The notes below the pieces were generated by a model, which made no database searches, was not told where the DNA came from, and saw only the letters and a list, made by a program, of their open reading frames with translations. A stretch of DNA of 64,000 nt, taken from Eukaryota sp. GEM-RC1. Its lineage: Eukaryota. The translations under genes were made by a program, and so were the position numbers. Position 1 is the first letter of the stretch, and each line of letters starts with the position of its first letter. This document shows, piece after piece, positions 61,291 through 64,000 of the stretch. The DNA lies in the NCBI GenBank assembly GCA_040285855.1, contig JAUFOQ010000010.1, positions 1 to 64,000 on the forward strand, written 5' to 3'.

Positions 61291-64000
61291 TTACAGTTTA
61301 GCTTCGGGAAGAACAAACTTCTCATTGGCAAATGAGTCAATGAAATCTTTCAGTTGTGGAACTAATTTCGACAGATTGATAACCAAACCAGATGTAAAAT
61401 CACTTTGATGAGGACTACATTTGTCAGAAAACTCCCTGAAAGCACTCGTAGTGGTGAACGAAACACCTAAATTAACATGGGTCAAAGCTTCAGGGGAAGA
61501 TGTTCTTTCTACGAATGATGAAGTCATCATCCCTGCTGTTGTTCCAGTCTTAACAGAAACTTTCAAAATTCCTAGATAGGAGTAGACACTCTCTTGTTCG
61601 TTGATTTTAGTCATCAAAACGTCATAACTAAGACCACGACCTTCCTTCGATAACAACGGAATCAGCAAATCAAATCCAGCATTCTTTGGTGCAGTAATAA
61701 ACATAACACGAAAAACAAAACCATCCAGAATTAACTTCTGCAAAGCGATAAGATCAGTCACTTCAGAAAGTCTGTTGTCAGGAAATCGAAAAGGCATTGG
61801 AACTACATGATTAGCATTGACAAACCAATGGTTAAAACGATCGTCAACTGCTTTTGTTGGATTATCAAAAACCAATCTACAATGGCACCTTCTGGAACAG
61901 CAGAAGTTTTGAAAACTTGTGACAAAGAAACAGGTTCAAGAATATCATCAACATAGAAAGATTCTCTGGAAGAAGCAATGAGATAAAGCAGCAAGCACGC
62001 AGAAATTGATTCGGCAATATAGCTCACAGAGCTTGCACTGCAACCTGAAAAGATTAGAATGGGGAACAACTCTCTTAATGAAGCAAAAAAACCGCAAGAA
62101 CGAGTTTTGGTTTCCTCAATGATACAAGACCAAGAACACGCTCCAATCAAAGGATCAACCATGGGAACAGATAAAAAGACTTCATCGGAAGAATAAGCAC
62201 AAGCAGAAACAGATGCAAAAGAACTTTCAACTAAAGTAGAGAGAATGTGATGGGGAATTGTCGCATTCAGACAGCAGGTCAGAAGCAGAGCAGGGATAAT
62301 GATCCCGAAGGACTTAATCGAAGTGATTTTGCTTAATTTTGATGCAGAATACTGCAAAGCATTTAGTACCTTAGAACGAACTTTAGCAACAAAAGCTTCT
62401 AGTGTCGGAGTATTCTGGTAATATGCTATCCAAATAGGCCTCAATGAAACAGCTATCTTGGTAGGAAGAAGATCAGACATCAAAGAGTTCAGCTCTACAC
62501 CTAATACCGTTAGTGGATCCAATTGAGGTGGAGGGACAAGTACTGGAGACAGGGTCTTACCACTGAGAACTTCCATTAAAAAGTAAGGTTTTAACATATC
62601 CGGCCGGTACTGCCCACTTCTCACATCATTGTGACAACAGTTTGTAAGATTGCAATGAGTACCAGTCACTACAACTAGAAGATTGATAGTAGACGGGCCT
62701 TTTTGAAGACCTTTCTGATCCACCAAAACTTTTCCATATGCAATAGCAATATTTCGCGTGGCATGTCGAAGAGAACGGAATAAGTTCCAGTCGGAATCAT
62801 CTTCAAAAGAAATGTCAGAAAAGTTTTCATTGTCTACCAATGTACCTACTTCATCAAGAAACAAACAAAAACGAGTGTTTGCGGCTTCAGTGGTAGATTC
62901 AAGAAGTTTGTTCCGCATGACACAGAGAATTCTTGAAGAGGTTCATCACGATGCTTTGATAAAAGCTGCTCTGTACGTTCCTTAACATTGTCATACATTT
63001 GAGTCCAATTGTCTTCGCTGGCTCTAAAATTAGGTGTACTTTCCATCATCATGGAAACAAGAAGAGCTTGCAACTTCATGACCGAAGCTAACACTGAGGA
63101 TCGTACATTAAGTATTTTCTTTAACCAAGAAGAAAAGGAAACAGGAGTCTTTGGCCAGCTATTCTGAACTACTGAACCATGAAGGCGAGGGAAAGTCAAA
63201 TATAGAGTGCGGTAGTGGATGTTTTCTGACAAAGGATCATTACCTAAGTTAGAACAAACCTCTCTAACCAAGCGGGACTTTCCGCATCCTGTACTACCAA
63301 TTACGGGAAGGACATTGGAATGAAAGCAAGACAGAAGATTGTTAATATCAAACGCTGACTTAATAGATTGGTTTAGTCTATCCATGGACTCAACAGGATG
63401 AAACTGACAAGACTGAAGAGGATCTTCAAACTCGGAAGTAGATGGGATTAAGGGGAGAGTGGAATCAGAGACTGTATGCAAGGTCAATGACAAGAGTCGT
63501 ACAACGTGACGTCTAAACACATATTGCATTATATCAAGGCGAGCAGAGTTCGTACCATTTCTTTCCAATTTGGCATAAAGGCTAAAGTAAGAACAATGGA
63601 GGAACATACGAAGCGTTTTTCCGGTTAATTTCATTGAGGACCTCGATAAACAACTCGGGAAACCCTACAAATTAGATAGAAAGAGTGACAAACCGTTGAC
63701 GTCAATTACGAGACTGTACCGGTCTATAAGATCACGAATGTTCACATCATTCATTGTGAGATGATATGAATGACTCTTGGATTCGAGTTCAATACGTAGA
63801 GCTTGTGGTTGTCCTGGTGGGGCGACAAGAACTGTAACGGTAAAGACCACAGAACTGGCTTCGGAAGAAGAGTCGAGTTTAATTGGGACCGAGCATTCAC
63901 AGCTTTTGCGGAAGACTCCAGAAGGTAGAGAATCTTGGCCCATAAGGGAATTGTTGTGGTATCCGAATTTAACTGTGTCGGAGGCTACGGTCTGATGACG
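61291..64000 (-). pseudogene. CR NTPase+REase gene, copy 7; near full length, two frameshifts, runs to the window edge
   Basis: ORFs 63665-63943, 62846-63634, 61803-62918 and 61291-61875. The 5' part has the same alleles as copy 6. Confidence 0.85.

Overview
Eukaryotic chromosome end. Bases 1-1576 are a C-strand telomere of mixed CCCTAA/CCCTAAA/CTCCTAA repeats, joined directly to a broken gag fragment. The other ~62 kb is a rearranged subtelomere made of large inverted, direct and tandem segmental duplications. The dominant resident is a seven-copy gene family (one copy with an uninterrupted frame, ~865-890 aa after removal of two 28-29 nt introns). It encodes an N-terminal header, a P-loop NTPase and a C-terminal PD-(D/E)xK-like nuclease, the architecture of Crinkler/RHS-type (CR) proteins. 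Around it are a near-complete short-LTR Ty3/gypsy chromodomain element, a second broken gypsy family, restriction-like-endonuclease (RLE) non-LTR retrotransposon pieces, hAT elements, MULE fragments, a TA-flanked MITE that behaves as an insertion hot spot, and a membrane nucleotide-cyclase-like fragment. Many frameshifts fall in homopolymers and may be long-read assembly errors. The organism cannot be named from this window; the tiny introns and standard code suggest a compact protist genome.
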